Source: Octopus sinensis (taxonomy: Eukaryota). From it: a stretch of 64,000 nucleotides of DNA. The first letter of the stretch is position 1. Each line of letters begins with the position of its first letter. This document shows, piece after piece, positions 13,530-26,174 of this stretch. The notes under the pieces were generated by a model, which saw nothing but the letters and a program-made list of their open reading frames with translations, was not told the origin of the DNA and ran no database searches. Position numbers and translations under genes: made by a program. Location of the stretch: contig NC_042999.1 of the NCBI RefSeq assembly GCF_006345805.1, forward strand, positions 17,050,001-17,114,000. The letters are read 5' to 3'.

Positions 13530-13630
13530 CATAATAATAATAATAAACCTAATAATGGTGATAATTATGATAATAATAATAATGATAAAAAATGATGGCA
13601 ATAATAATAATAATAATAATAATAATTAAT
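13070..13630. repeat. degenerate AAT/AGT/GAT trinucleotide mosaic with an internal duplication
   Basis: Direct reading; AAACATAATAATGGTGATAATTATC..GGCAATAAT block occurs twice. Confidence 0.9.
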
Positions 13631-14384
13631 AATAATAGTCACGTGAAGAAGAAGAAGAAGAAGAAGAAAGAGAAGAAGTTGATGATTATGACGATGGTGA
13701 AGAGGATGAAGAAAAAATTACGGAGCCAAGTAGATAGAGAATGGAAGATGGAAAGTTGGAGAAGTGGTTGAATAACAATTTGAATATAAAGTAAAAAATC
13801 AATAAGAATGATGGTAACTTTCATTTCCTTTCTCTCGTGTTAGAAATAATAATCAATTCATTTGAGTTATTGGACTTAAACTATATTAAGACATAGAAAA
13901 TTAGCCAAACTAAAAGTCAGGATTGGTCATAATATAAATGCAAATTGAAAGAACAAAAACAACAAAAAAATAAACCAAAAAATATTTGGTCTGGTTACAC
14001 GAGAGATTAATTCAACATAAATTGATTACTGGTTAGAAAGGAATGGTTTTCAAATTTCAAATTTATTTTTAAAATTACGTTATTATTTTATTCAATTTAT
14101 AATTTATTGCAATGTCATATTTAGTTTAAGCGAACGAAGAAGACAATGCGAAGAAAGCGAACGATTGGGTATGATAAATGGAGAAAGTTTGCAAAACTAG
14201 AGTGAGAAACGTTTAATGTGGAATTTCTATGTATTAAGATATTGAAAGAATGCCATTGGTTTCATTTTGGTGTATAAGTTAGAAATGAAATGGCTTACAA
14301 CCATTTAAACTTAAAAGACACAAGCATTTATTTAGAATTCTTTTAATAAGACATTCACAAATTTTTAGCACTAAAGTGTTTATA

Positions 14385-15055
14385 TTATCTATTGCTTTAC
14401 TACCCACAAGGGGCTACACTCAGAGGGGACAAACAAGGAACGGATCAAGTCGATTATATCGACCCCAGTGCGTAACTGGTACTTATTTAATCGACCCCGA
14501 AAGGATGAAAGGCAAAGACGACCTCGGCGGAATTTGAACATTATCGGGTACACAGATGGGAGTGTAGTTTTTATCACCCTCTTATCTGCCATTTACATAT
14601 AAGATTCGCAGATGTACTCGATAGCAAGTGATTTGATCTGAGATCGTGTGCTGGAACGAAGACAATTGGAGCGTGGAAGGTGTTTGTAAGCCGAAGTGAA
14701 TCGAACGGCTTTTGTGTGTTTCTTAAATGGCTTACAAACACCTTCCACGCTGCAATTGTTTTCATATAAGATTCGTTCTTTGTAAATACTGATAATAAAT
14801 ACCTATTTCTTTACTACCCACACGGAGCTAAACACAGAGAGAACAAACAAGAACAGACAAACGGATCAAGTCGATTATATCGACCGCAGTGCGTAACTGG
14901 TACTTATTTAATCGACCCCGAAAGGATGAAAGGCAAAGTCGACCTCGGCGGAATTTGAACATTATCGGTACACAGATGATAGTGTAGTTTTTATCAGCCT
15001 CTTATCTGCCATTACATATAAGATTCGTTCTTTGTAAGCACTGATAATAAATACC
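14385..15055 (-). repeat. local tandem duplication containing a 5'-truncated SINE-A
   Basis: Truncated SINE-A plus the same flank ATTATCGG(G)TACACAGATG..CATATAAGATTCG occurs twice. Confidence 0.85.
14609..14762. mobile_element. 154-bp insertion with internal inverted repeat and 13-bp TSD
   Basis: TSD CATATAAGATTCG at 14596-14608 and 14763-14775; IR arms 14662-14692 and 14729-14759. Confidence 0.75.
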
Positions 15056-15266
15056 ATGTATCGTAGATTCAAGGCGATCAGTCATTTGAGAGTTAATATT
15101 TGGTAGTAAGCAAATGTCTAGCGGGATTTCGTATATGAACATGCATGTATCTTTGCGTAGATTTCTTTACGATATTAAGGTGACAGTCGTAAATCTTCGT
15201 AAGAAAAACCTTAAACAGCTGCTTTCGAAAACAATAAATAATAAAACAGCATTTTTTCCCCCGAAT

Positions 15267-15316
<50 letters not shown>

Positions 15317-16035
15317 TACACAACTTTACTTTGTTATATATATATACATATACATATATTATATATAAAGCCGTCGCGGTTTACATGTGAAACCTATTAT
15401 TGAATATCGCATGAGATTTACAAGTAATTTCGTAGCCTCTCAACTACCATGAATATTATCACTCTAGTATTCTCTATTGTCATCTGCAACAAGACAGCAA
15501 TTCTATATTTATAGCTTGGAGCAAAACTGTAGTCCTTGTATGATGATTACCTATTCATTAAACGGTACTGTGTTTGTATACACTTATGATATCTACCGAT
15601 CTATAGATGGAGCCAGAAGGGAAAGAGTTGAATGGACGAATGCAATAGATGAATGAAGTTACGGTGTTTTAAATATGAATTTGATACAGCGCCAGAGTTG
15701 CAACCATTATAGAACACGCATACATAATATGTAAGCTGTGCTTATTCGCCAGGACTTCAGGTCTTTTGACACTCGACGTTTTGAGAAAATCATCTACATT
15801 GCATCAAATCGCAGCCTAGCCGGGAATGTGTACTGCTCATGTGTTATCTATGTGTGTTTGATAATGTTTGCGATATTTCCTTCTTCCAGTACACTGTAGG
15901 CAACTTCGTGGTAAACCTGCCAACATCACTTGATTGCTTCACCTCTGATTGTTTTACTCTTCGAAGGCATTGTTTCACATTGATTGTTACAATATATCCT
16001 CCATATATAAACGCACCTGTCATGATTCAACCGCG

Positions 16036-16233
16036 AGGCTGCGGCCATGCTACAACAGAGCCTTGTAATATTTTAGTCGAATAAATCGACACAATTAATA
16101 TATGTAAAGCCTGTTACTCATTCTACCGCTCGCTAAATTACGGGGCTGTAAACAATACCACACCGGTTAACAAGCGATGATGGGAGTGGATGACAAAGGC
16201 ATACACAAACACACATACACCCACACTGCACAA

Positions 16234-16285
<52 letters not shown>

Positions 16286-16287
16286 GC

Positions 16288-16347
<60 letters not shown>

Positions 16348-16505
16348 TAGGCTTCCGTCAGTTTCCGTCTACCAAATCCACTCACAAGGTTTCGGTCGGC
16401 CCGAGGCTATATTAGAAGACACTTACCCAAGGTGCGACGCAGTGGGAATGAACCCGGAACCATGTGGTTGGTAGACAAGCTACTAACCACACAGCCACTC
16501 CTGCG

Positions 16506-16508
<3 letters not shown>
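16036..16508 (-). mobile_element. SINE-B with expanded internal (TA)n
   Basis: Homology to other B copies. Confidence 0.85.
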
Positions 16509-16549
<41 letters not shown>

Positions 16550-16817
16550 TCTATGTATGTATGCATGTGTGTGTGTGTGCAGGCATGACTATGGCTAACA
16601 CTTTCGCTCAATCCTCACATAATATTTGGGAAATACTCACTGTGTATGTTATTTTTGACCACGAACTTTCTATACACCTGACTTGAGCATGGCTTGTGTA
16701 AGAATGCCATGTGTAAGAATATCGCTGGAAACCCGTCGCACCTATTTATGCATATATACGCACGCACACACATAAATATGGCAAATGGTATATAAAATTT
16801 CGGGAAAACGGAGTAAA

Positions 16818-17030
16818 TCCTATTTCGTTTTTGGATTTGGTTTGCAAGATTCTTTATATGAGTTCGTGTGTTGAAGCATATTCTGTCGTGTCTGAGTAGA
16901 GTCATTTTCTTTTTGTGCTTATAATGTAACACACTCACCGGAAAAAATTCCACTTATTTCATATTTTTATTTTCCTAAAATTTTCGTTTATAAGGCACAA
17001 AAAGAAAATGACTCTCTCAGACACAATAGA
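16818..17030. mobile_element. repeat H (putative Penelope terminal repeat) with fold-back
   Basis: Same family as 36296-36860; IR arms 16889-16924 and 16988-17023. Confidence 0.7.
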
Positions 17031-17997
17031 GTAAATTGTTCCATTATTAAACAGCGTTTTGCATATTGTTGTAAGAAGGAAATATAAAACATATCCATTG
17101 ATAAATACTGCGCTATACTTTCTAAAATTTCTTAAAAGAAAAATGTTCATCATCAAAAGTAACATTTGAGATAAATTTAAATAAATATTATACTTCATAT
17201 AGAAATTTGATACAAACACCCAAAGAAAATATTCCAAAATACTTAAAGTGTAATGTCTCTATATGTATTGATTCACATTTATCTAAATTAATATACACAA
17301 TAATTATAAAATTGATAAATGTTGTGCAAAGAAAATTATACTAACGTTATCTTAAACATTTTATATATCATTAGAAAATATTAACTCAATTAATAAAACT
17401 GTTTTAATAGTTTCCAGTACATTCCAGAATAATGAAAAGTATATAGAACCATTTTAAATGCAATTAGCTGTGTGAAATTACACTTTTAGACTCGTAAAAC
17501 ATTTTAAACGAATAAGATATAGCGAAAACATGTCTCAATTTATAAAAAAATAAAAACCACATAATATTCAGATCGCCTGCGAGTATGATTAAAACATCTT
17601 TTAAATACATGTCTCTTTATCAGAATAAAAAGCTATCATGATTTACTTTAAACTACACAATATTTCCACTTTACGTTTAAAGTAACTGATGTATACAGAA
17701 ACTACGAAAGGCCAACATAGTACTCTTAAAAAGCAAAATGAAAAGATTATACATAACAAGCAACACAAAAACGGGTGCTTTTTTTTCATGGAAAAGAAAA
17801 CTTTGATAATAAAAAGAATTCCGCTTAATTGTATTGAGAGCTATCGTATTTATCCTTAACTTTGTACTATGTACGAATATCTTGTTAGTGATGAATCAAG
17901 AAAAGCATCGATCTTACCGGTTTTGCTTTCTTCAGCCGCTTTGAATTAAGTCGATAGCAACTGTAAACTTCATGAATACACTTACTCCCAAACGGCC

Positions 17998-18000
<3 letters not shown>

Positions 18001-18032
<32 letters not shown>

Positions 18033-18806
18033 GGAAGAGAGAGGAGATTGAAAGATAGACAGGTAGGGCAATAGAGAGAGAGAGAGAGAGAGGGGGGAGA
18101 TTGAAAGTTTGAGAGAGAAAAACGATGAAGCAGACAGGCAGGGCAAGAGAGAGAGTGTGAGGGAGAGGAAGAGAGAGAGGGAAAAGAGAGAGAGGGGAGA
18201 TTGAAAGATAGGGTGAGAAGAAATATGAAGCAGACAGGTAGGGCAAGAGAGAGAGAGAGAGTGTGAGGGAGAGGAAGAGAGAGGGAAAAGAGAGAGAGGG
18301 GGAGATTGAAAGATAGGGTGAGAAGAAAGATGAAGCAGACAGGTAGGGCAAGAGAGAGAGTGTGAGGGAGAGGAAGAGAGAAGGAAAAGAGAGAGAGGGG
18401 TAGATTGAAAGATAGGGGGAGAAGAAAGATGAAGCAGACAGGTAGGGCAAGAGAGAGTGAGGGAGAGGAAGAGAGAAGGAAAAGAGATAGAGGGGGAGAT
18501 TGAAAGATAGGGTGAGAAGAAAGATGAAGCAGACAGGTAGGGCAAGAGAGGGAGAGGAAGAGAGAAGGAAAAGAGAGAGAGGGGGAGATTGAAAGATAGG
18601 GTGAGAAGAAAGATGAAGCAGACAGGTAGGGCAAGAGTGAGAGAGAGAGAGAGTGAGGGAGAGGAAGAGACAGGGAAAAGAGAGAGAGAAAAGAGAGAGA
18701 GGGGGAGATTGAAAGATAGAGAAAAACGATGAAGCGGGCAGGTAGGGCAAGGGAGAGAGAGAGAGAGAGAGAGAGGGGAGGTTGAAAGATAGACAGGTAA
18801 GGCAAT

Positions 18807-18838
<32 letters not shown>

Positions 18839-19035
18839 TTGAAAGTTTGAGAGAGGAAAAACGATGAAGCAGTCAGGCAGGGCAAGAGAGAGAGAGAGAG
18901 TGTGAGGGAGATAAAGAGAGAGAGGGAAAAGAGAGAGAGGGAAAAGAGAGAGAGAGAGTGGGAGATTGAAAGATAGATAGGTAGGCCATGAGACAGAGAG
19001 GGAGGGAGAGAGAAAGAGAGCGGGAGAGAGACATA
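18001..19035 (+). repeat. purine-rich minisatellite, unit about 75-90 bp, about 12 copies
   Basis: Unit GGGGGAGATTGAAAGATAGGGTGAGAAGAAAGATGAAGCAGACAGGTAGGGCAAGAGAGAG.. with variable (GA)n. Confidence 0.92.
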
Positions 19036-19160
19036 GTGAAAAAGAGAACTAAGAAACGTTCTTTACTTGGCTTTGAAAGCAATCTCGCAGTTATTCTTGA
19101 GTTTAGTTCGTGTTGCAGAATCTATCATCCCAGATTTCGCGACCAACTCTAAAGTCTAAA

Positions 19161-19433
19161 TTGTTGTTTGTTCCTTCTCGAGCCACGCTGGCTCATAAGG
19201 GCCGGTTTCCCGGTTTCTTTGGCGTATAGGTTTCCCACCTGGACGGGATGCCAGTCCTTCGCAGGTGAGCTGCTAGATGCAGGAGGAAAGAGTGAGAGAA
19301 AGTTGTGGCGAAAGAGTCAGCATAAGTTCGCCATTACATTCTGCCGGAGCCGCGTGGAGCTTTGATGTTTCGCTCTTAAACACACACATCGCCCGGTCTG
19401 AGATTCGAACCACTGCTCTAACCACTAGGCCAC
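19161..19433 (-). mobile_element. SINE-D with a deletion in the head
   Basis: Homology to 7412-7711. Confidence 0.85.
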
Positions 19434-19714
19434 GGTTAAATATTTTCTCTATCCCAGTTCAGTCATATATTCATCTTAGCAAAAGTCAAAAGAAAATGAA
19501 CTTAGGGTAGTAAATTTGCTGATTTTCTTACCGTTAATTCACAAACTGATTTTTTTCTTCTATAGGTAGTTCTACGTGGATCTCATCACTAACCTCTCGT
19601 GACCAACTGACTTCTCTATCAGACTCTCTTTTTATTGCAGTCTCAAACAAGCGATTTTCGGTCGGTTGCATCTTATTTAAATACCGTTCTATATTTAAGA
19701 GATGAGGAATTATG

Positions 19715-19873
19715 TACATTATTTACATTATTTACATTCGACGGATATTTGTCCTCATCTTGTTTGTTGTTAACACAACGTTTCGGCTGATATATCCTCC
19801 AGCCTTCTTCATGTATCTTGGAGAAATTTCGAACCTGGGTTCTCATTCCTATGGTATTCTTCGATGTTGTTAC

Positions 19874-19878
<5 letters not shown>
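19715..19878 (-). mobile_element. element G, inverted partial copy (3' part)
   Basis: Reverse complement of about 20060-20215. Confidence 0.85.
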
Positions 19879-19939
<61 letters not shown>

Positions 19940-20215
19940 GCCCATGGGCATATGGCGTAGTGGTTAAGAGCGCGGGCTACTAACCCCAAGATTCCGAGTT
20001 CGATTCCAAGCAATGACCTGAACAATGATGATAATGATAATGATAATAATAGTAATAATAATAATAGTAACAACATCGAAGAATACCATAGGAATGAGAA
20101 CCCAGGTTCGAAATTTCCCCAAGTCGCCTGTTGAAGGCTGGAGGGTATATCAGCCGAAACGTTGTGTTAACAACAAATACAATGAGGACAAATATCCGTC
20201 GAATGTAAATAATGT
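19940..20215 (+). mobile_element. element G: tRNA-like head plus hammerhead-like tail
   Basis: A-box TGGCGTAGTGG, B-box GAGTTCGATTCC; tail CTGTTGAAGGCTG..CAGCCGAAACGTTGTGTT. Confidence 0.75.
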
Positions 20216-20712
20216 GCATTTTATTTTGCTTATATTTCTATTCTTAGGTTCCTTCAACATTCTTTCATCAGTCAGTTCCATTATGTTCAACTAAAATTTT
20301 TGTTACTGTCTATTTTTAATTTACCGTAATCCACATTGTTTTAACCACAGCATTATTCTATAAAGGTATTATCTATTATACATTCTCTCACAATTGGCAA
20401 TGATGTGGTTAATGTGAGTGACTTACCCGTAGCGATTACTCGGCATAGGGCGGTATTTCTGCTACACATAACCATTTTATTCCTCGGCCAACCCAACATC
20501 ACTATACAAACATAGACCCATACAGCTATTTTCTATTGGAATTGTCACAACGTTATCAACACTTGATATTCTTTGTATTCCACTTTCTCCATCATACAAC
20601 AACACTGTGAAATGACTCGAGATAGTACCTAACGAAACCAAATCACACCATTATTTCACATTCCTATACATACACATACGCACAGACACACCGTTACACA
20701 TCCACACTCATA

Positions 20713-20781
<69 letters not shown>

Positions 20782-20787
20782 ATATAA

Positions 20788-21055
20788 TTAACATTAAAAT
20801 GAGGGTGAAAAATTGGATATTAATTTGATAACATCAATTTAACACCAGTGGTCTAGCATATAAAAAAAAATGAGATTCGGTAAGTAGTATTTCATACATA
20901 AATATAAGAGGGAATTTTTTAACCCCTATGTGGAAACCCTTAATCTATATTTTTGTTACTTTTCATTTGTCTTGCTCGCTTATATTTCTGGTGTGCTAAA
21001 TTTTTGTGGAGAACAATTCTTAGTGGTTAAGAACATAGCGGATCTTCTTCTCTTA
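20788..21055. mobile_element. repeat I, (TA)n-flanked, with an inverted segment
   Basis: Homologous to 55252-55460; 20995-21055 matches the reverse complement of about 55390-55455. Confidence 0.55.
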
Positions 21056-21441
21056 TATATATTTATATATATATATTGTTTCGTGTCGTTGTCTCTTCAT
21101 CGCAGTTATGATGTATCCAGCATCTCTCAATAAATGATACGAGTACTTGTATCTAGGCAAACCTAGTCAGCACACATATCGCAATTAGTTTTCACATTCA
21201 TAATTTGACGTTGACCTTACAAAATCGGGATGGTCCGCGTAACTTTTGGGTGCTGTCCCTCCTTTGTGATCAACTAATTGAACACTAGTTTCTTTCTGTA
21301 GATTTTATACTACACACTATATTTACCAGCCATAGGTTCGTCAATACGTAATTGTGACGGAGGTAATCAATAGCTGATCAATATACCTATAAATACGCTA
21401 ACACATAAACACACTCACCACAAATACACATAGAACCAGAA

Positions 21442-21525
<84 letters not shown>

Positions 21526-23112
21526 AAAACCAATATGGACATACACACACACATACACACACAGACACACACATACGACTCTGAATTTTGTCTAGGCTGA
21601 TAATTCCAATTTTGTGCACCGAGGCTAAAATTGTTAATACCGATCTATGCAATAATTGTATTTTATGATATGTATTGACATGACATGCCAAGGAATAGCT
21701 ATTAGAAAGCCGTGATATCCAGCGGAATAAAATATATAAAGATGAATATGACAATTGAATCACCTGTCATCTGCTTATCACTAGCTGCGTTCACTTGTGC
21801 TCGTATTTAATCGAAGGCCTTGTGATGTTGCTTAACAATTTCGCTGTTCATTTGCTATTAAATGGAACGGTTGTATTTGTCTATGCTATCAGTTGATAGA
21901 TAGTGACATAGCTATAGTGAGCAGTATCGATTGCACACATAACTGTAGAAGTGCGCATAAAATGTTCTTTTTATTAAACCGTCAAGACAGCCGCAAAACA
22001 TTTACATGCTTTTATGAACGAGTCAAACCTCAGAGGTGAATACACCTGTCAACAAATATTAACCAAATCTGTCACTTTTGAAACGTGACATCATCATCAT
22101 TATTTATTTTATCACTAAATATACTTCTAACTGAATGTGTCTGTCTGCTTCTTCTGTCTAAATTATTTTCATTAAAGTCTTTTTGATATTTATACATCCT
22201 CTAAGAAGAATTAATCATATAAATAAAAGAACTCATTGAAGGTGGAAACGTAACTAGAGTAGAATGAGAAACTGCCCCCAGCTAAAGTTAGTTTGAAATT
22301 GTTTGAAATTAAATGAATTCATATACTTCTTAAAATATTTCTCTTATTATCTATAATCTGTAAGCGTCAATGTGTGTCTGTTTTGAAACAACGTTGGCAC
22401 TTGTCATCGAATCTTCACTAAATTTCTCCCAGAAACTAAGATGTTTTGAATAATGCTGGTTTATATAAATCATGGATAAAATAAATGAAAGTTTACTTGC
22501 AGTAATAGTTGAGTAGAAGTCTCAGTTTGAGATAATGAAATATTACAAGTTTGTTGCGTTAGTCTAACAGTTCAACCCTGAACCTAACCCCAGATTACTC
22601 CAATCGTCCTTTAAAATCTTTAACGTGCAAGTGGAACTGCAGGATTGCCTGCAGGAGGCATATGGCCTGGACGGAGAGGAAGGATAAGTGGCCTTAGTGC
22701 CGCATACTTTTTATTGCTTGTAAGATGCTCAGCGCTTCAATTTGTAGGGACGATTACGTCCCTCTTTTTGAACTGAAGTAAGTGGTTTGATACCTCATTT
22801 TTTGTTGTTTTAAATAAAAAAAGAGAACAATCTGCTCGAGAACGCAACAATTGGCGGGCGTTATGTGCTTCTCCCACCAAACATTTCTTTCATTCCATAA
22901 TCATCGTGTCCTTGTCTAGCCTGCAGCTTCTTCCTCAATGTAAAGGCTTTTATAACCAATTAAATGAAATAGAGTAGCTTGCTTACCATCCACTTGGTCC
23001 CGGGTTCATTCTCACTGCGTGGCACTTTGAACAAGCGTCTTCTACCATAGCCTCGGGCCGACCAAAGCCTTGTAAGTGGGTTTGGTAGACAAAAACTAGA
23101 AAAAGCTCGTCG

Positions 23113-23210
<98 letters not shown>

Positions 23211-23211
23211 A

Positions 23212-23415
23212 GTAACGCCGGCGATTTTTTTTCTCTGTCTTCCCTTCTCGGGATCTTTCCTTCTCCTATGTTTCCGACGAAGAGCTCCGCTCGAAACGTT
23301 AAACCCTCCTTCTTCTCTTCTTTCCTGAGTGACCAATAATACTTTATTTGTTCCACGTCCTCACGTTGCTGTGTTTTTTGGGTTTTTTTGTGTTTTCTTG
23401 TTTGGATTAACTTTA
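23212..23415 (+). mobile_element. element J (putative Penelope terminal repeat)
   Basis: (TA)n on both sides; contains a hammerhead-like motif. Confidence 0.6.
23270..23304 (+). ncRNA. minimal type I hammerhead-ribozyme-like motif
   Basis: GTTT-CCGACGA-A-GAGC(TCC)GCTC-GAAAC-GTT-AAAC: stem I GTTT/AAAC, stem II GAGC/GCTC, palindromic AACGTT; U4 replaced by C. Confidence 0.55.
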
Positions 23416-23417
23416 TG

Positions 23418-23470
<53 letters not shown>

Positions 23471-23934
23471 ATGTTCGTGTGTCTGTGTTTGTCGCCCCAC
23501 CATTGCTTGACAACCGATATTGGTGTGATTAGGTTTCCGTACATTAGCGGTTCCACAAGAGTCCGATAGAATAAGTGCTAGGCTTATAAAGAATGAGTCC
23601 TGGGGTTCGATTTGTTCGACGAAAATGCAGGTTCTCCAGCGTGGCCACAGTCAATTGACTGTAACAAATGAAAGAATAAAAGAAAAATGTATATATATAT
23701 ATATACATACACTCACTCACATACTCACACACACATATATTTACATGTATATGTATATGACTGTCTTTGTGTGCATGGACACTGTTTTATTTACGTATAA
23801 GTTGTATTTTCACTTAGGGTGAAGAGTTTAACATTAAGCCTCTGGACTGAGCATACAAAACATTTTATAAACTTAATGATTAGGAAAGATTCATTTACTG
23901 AAAGTAATTGCTCTTGTGGAAGTTTCACCTATTC

Positions 23935-24350
23935 CAATCCTATCCTATCCCCTGACCGTGTGGTCATTGGAGAATTCGTTGAAGACGCCGCAACAGATTA
24001 TTCCAGCTCTCTCGGTCTTCTACATAGTTGATGCCGAGCCACACTTTGATTCTACAACCTCATCGTATTCTTTGGCCAGCCAAATGCTACCATGCATTGT
24101 ACCATGCAGGATTGTATTTGCGCGGCCAGAGCTCTGAACCAGGCTCACAAAGTACAAAATGTTTCCTAGACTTGCATTTGATATTCTCGATTGCACCTCA
24201 TAAGATCCCACAGGTAACACAACCTTAACATCAGTGTCTTGCTCTCTTGAAATTTCAAACATACCTTCACAGTTATACCAAAGGACATATTTGCTGGTTG
24301 GTTTAGAGCATGCTTCAAAGGACCTTATGTTCGAAGTCAAAGGTTTGTGG
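23935..24350 (-). mobile_element. old RTE (BovB-like) LINE 3' relic
   Basis: EVQSRISNA..SSGRANTILHGTMHG resembles the RTE tail EEVRSRI..SSGLAKTILQGTVQG; ends in a GATAG-repeat tail. Confidence 0.65.
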
Positions 24351-24672
24351 GGAGTGCAATATTTATCATTCTATTACGAGAAATCCACTTAACACGAGAA
24401 ATCTACTTATTTTCTTAATAGACAATATTCAGCAGTTCACATTGTTTGTGTGATAAAGCGCAGCTGCTCAATAATTGTGAGAATAGAGAAGGGAAATACG
24501 TATATAAAAAAAAACAGAAGGAGAACTAAAAAAATATAACAGAACAAGAAACAAACAATTCAACATGAATTTGGAAATAATTACCAACGTAGCTAAAAAA
24601 ATACTGTAGAAAATTTAAGATATATTCTATCACAGAAATATAACTGCGAATGATGTATATATACATACATAC

Positions 24673-24711
<39 letters not shown>

Positions 24712-24837
24712 TACACACACACACACACATATATATTATAATTATAAGGGAATATTACTTCCGAGTACACAGAAAAAAAACATTCAAATTAGATGTACTA
24801 AAATGGACATCTCTCAATGTTTAATTCGTATATGTAA

Positions 24838-24905
24838 AAGTAATTTTAGAGACAGAACCACCTTCGGTGTTGATTGAATTGAAGGTGATTCTGTCTCTAA
24901 AATTA

Positions 24906-24908
<3 letters not shown>
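24838..24908. repeat. 28-bp inverted repeat with 15-bp spacer, abutting (TA)n
   Basis: AAGTAATTTTAGAGACAGAA(C/T)CACCTTC, one mismatch. Confidence 0.9.
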
Positions 24909-24962
<54 letters not shown>

Positions 24963-26174
24963 AGAGAGAGAGAGAGAGAAACGAGTGAGAGGACAATCTA
25001 AGCAAGATTTTGTTAAGGTCATTCTGTTAAGAAATTATAACCACCACTGATTTTTTGCTACAATATTTCGTATAAAGACGTCAGATGTAGACAATGAGAT
25101 TTAAGATAAAAAGGGCTAATGCGTGTTGTACCTATGTATGTACGAATTCTGTATGCAGAATCGCGTGTATATGGCAGCTATAGTAACGTTCAATCCTGTC
25201 GCCACCGTTGTTCTCATCTTCACCGATATAAGTTACCCTCTCTCTGTTACTACCTTTCCATCAGACTAATACTTCATCACAGTTGATGTATCATTTTAGG
25301 TCACGGGTCTTTGGTTTGCAATGACACTACTCCGTCATTTTTTTACATCTGCAAGGTTTGAAATTAAAACGTTAGGAACTGAAGTGATTCATCATTATGT
25401 ATTCATATGCTTGATGCTCCAAAATTTTAGCCAGTTTAGCGCTAAACTAACGACGGTGCTAAATGTAAGGGCGCACGTAAAGATAATTTTACACCAGCCT
25501 GAAATATTAGCATTAGAATTATCTTTGTAACAGAGATTGTGATATGATTACTCGTAGTTTTTAGGATGTTGCTTCGATCACGCATATAAGATATATGAGT
25601 TTGGTAGATGAAACCACGAACGTATCATACGTATAGAGGTTACACATTTCCTTTCATTTGCCATGGATCATATTCTGTTTAATAAATTTGAATTGAAGTG
25701 TCTGTTATATTTCCAGACTTTGTATTAAACTTACCTTAATTGCGAGAGATACATTCTTTTATTTCTTATATAATATAAACACTCTTCGTATGAAATTATA
25801 TTATTTCATATTAACAAATATTTCTTAATTAAAGATTTTTTTCCGCTCAGAAAACGACACATTTTCTTGACATTAAATCTATTCTTGGAAATATCGATGA
25901 CGAAGTAAACGTCAGCTCTTGAAACAACAAATTTTGAAGACATTGTAAACTGAATGGCTAATTGCAAATCTTATAAAGCTAATGAGATCTAAACATATGA
26001 AACGTTTATTAAATCACAGTTTCTGTGCAATTCGAATCCCTTCAATCGGACCACAAGATTATGATAGTATGCTCCAGATCTAAGCACAATTCAAGTTTGA
26101 AATTCTGAGTAATGATCTCCAACTAAACAACATTTACCAAGTAGTTCTCCAAAGGCGGTATCTCATGAAACATA

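Larger units (their letters stand above)
22975..23690 (+). mobile_element. SINE-B interrupted in its internal (TA)n by element J
   Basis: B head 22975-23115, B tail 23470-23690. Confidence 0.85.

Noticed and set aside
17885-18885. 306-aa, 317-aa and 187-aa minus-strand ORFs
   Set aside because: They are read-throughs of the pyrimidine strand of a minisatellite; several frames are open and the peptides are S/L/F repeats.
24020-24340. 106-aa ORF as a host exon
   Set aside because: It matches RTE C-terminal motifs and ends in a LINE-type tail, so it is better explained as a decayed LINE.
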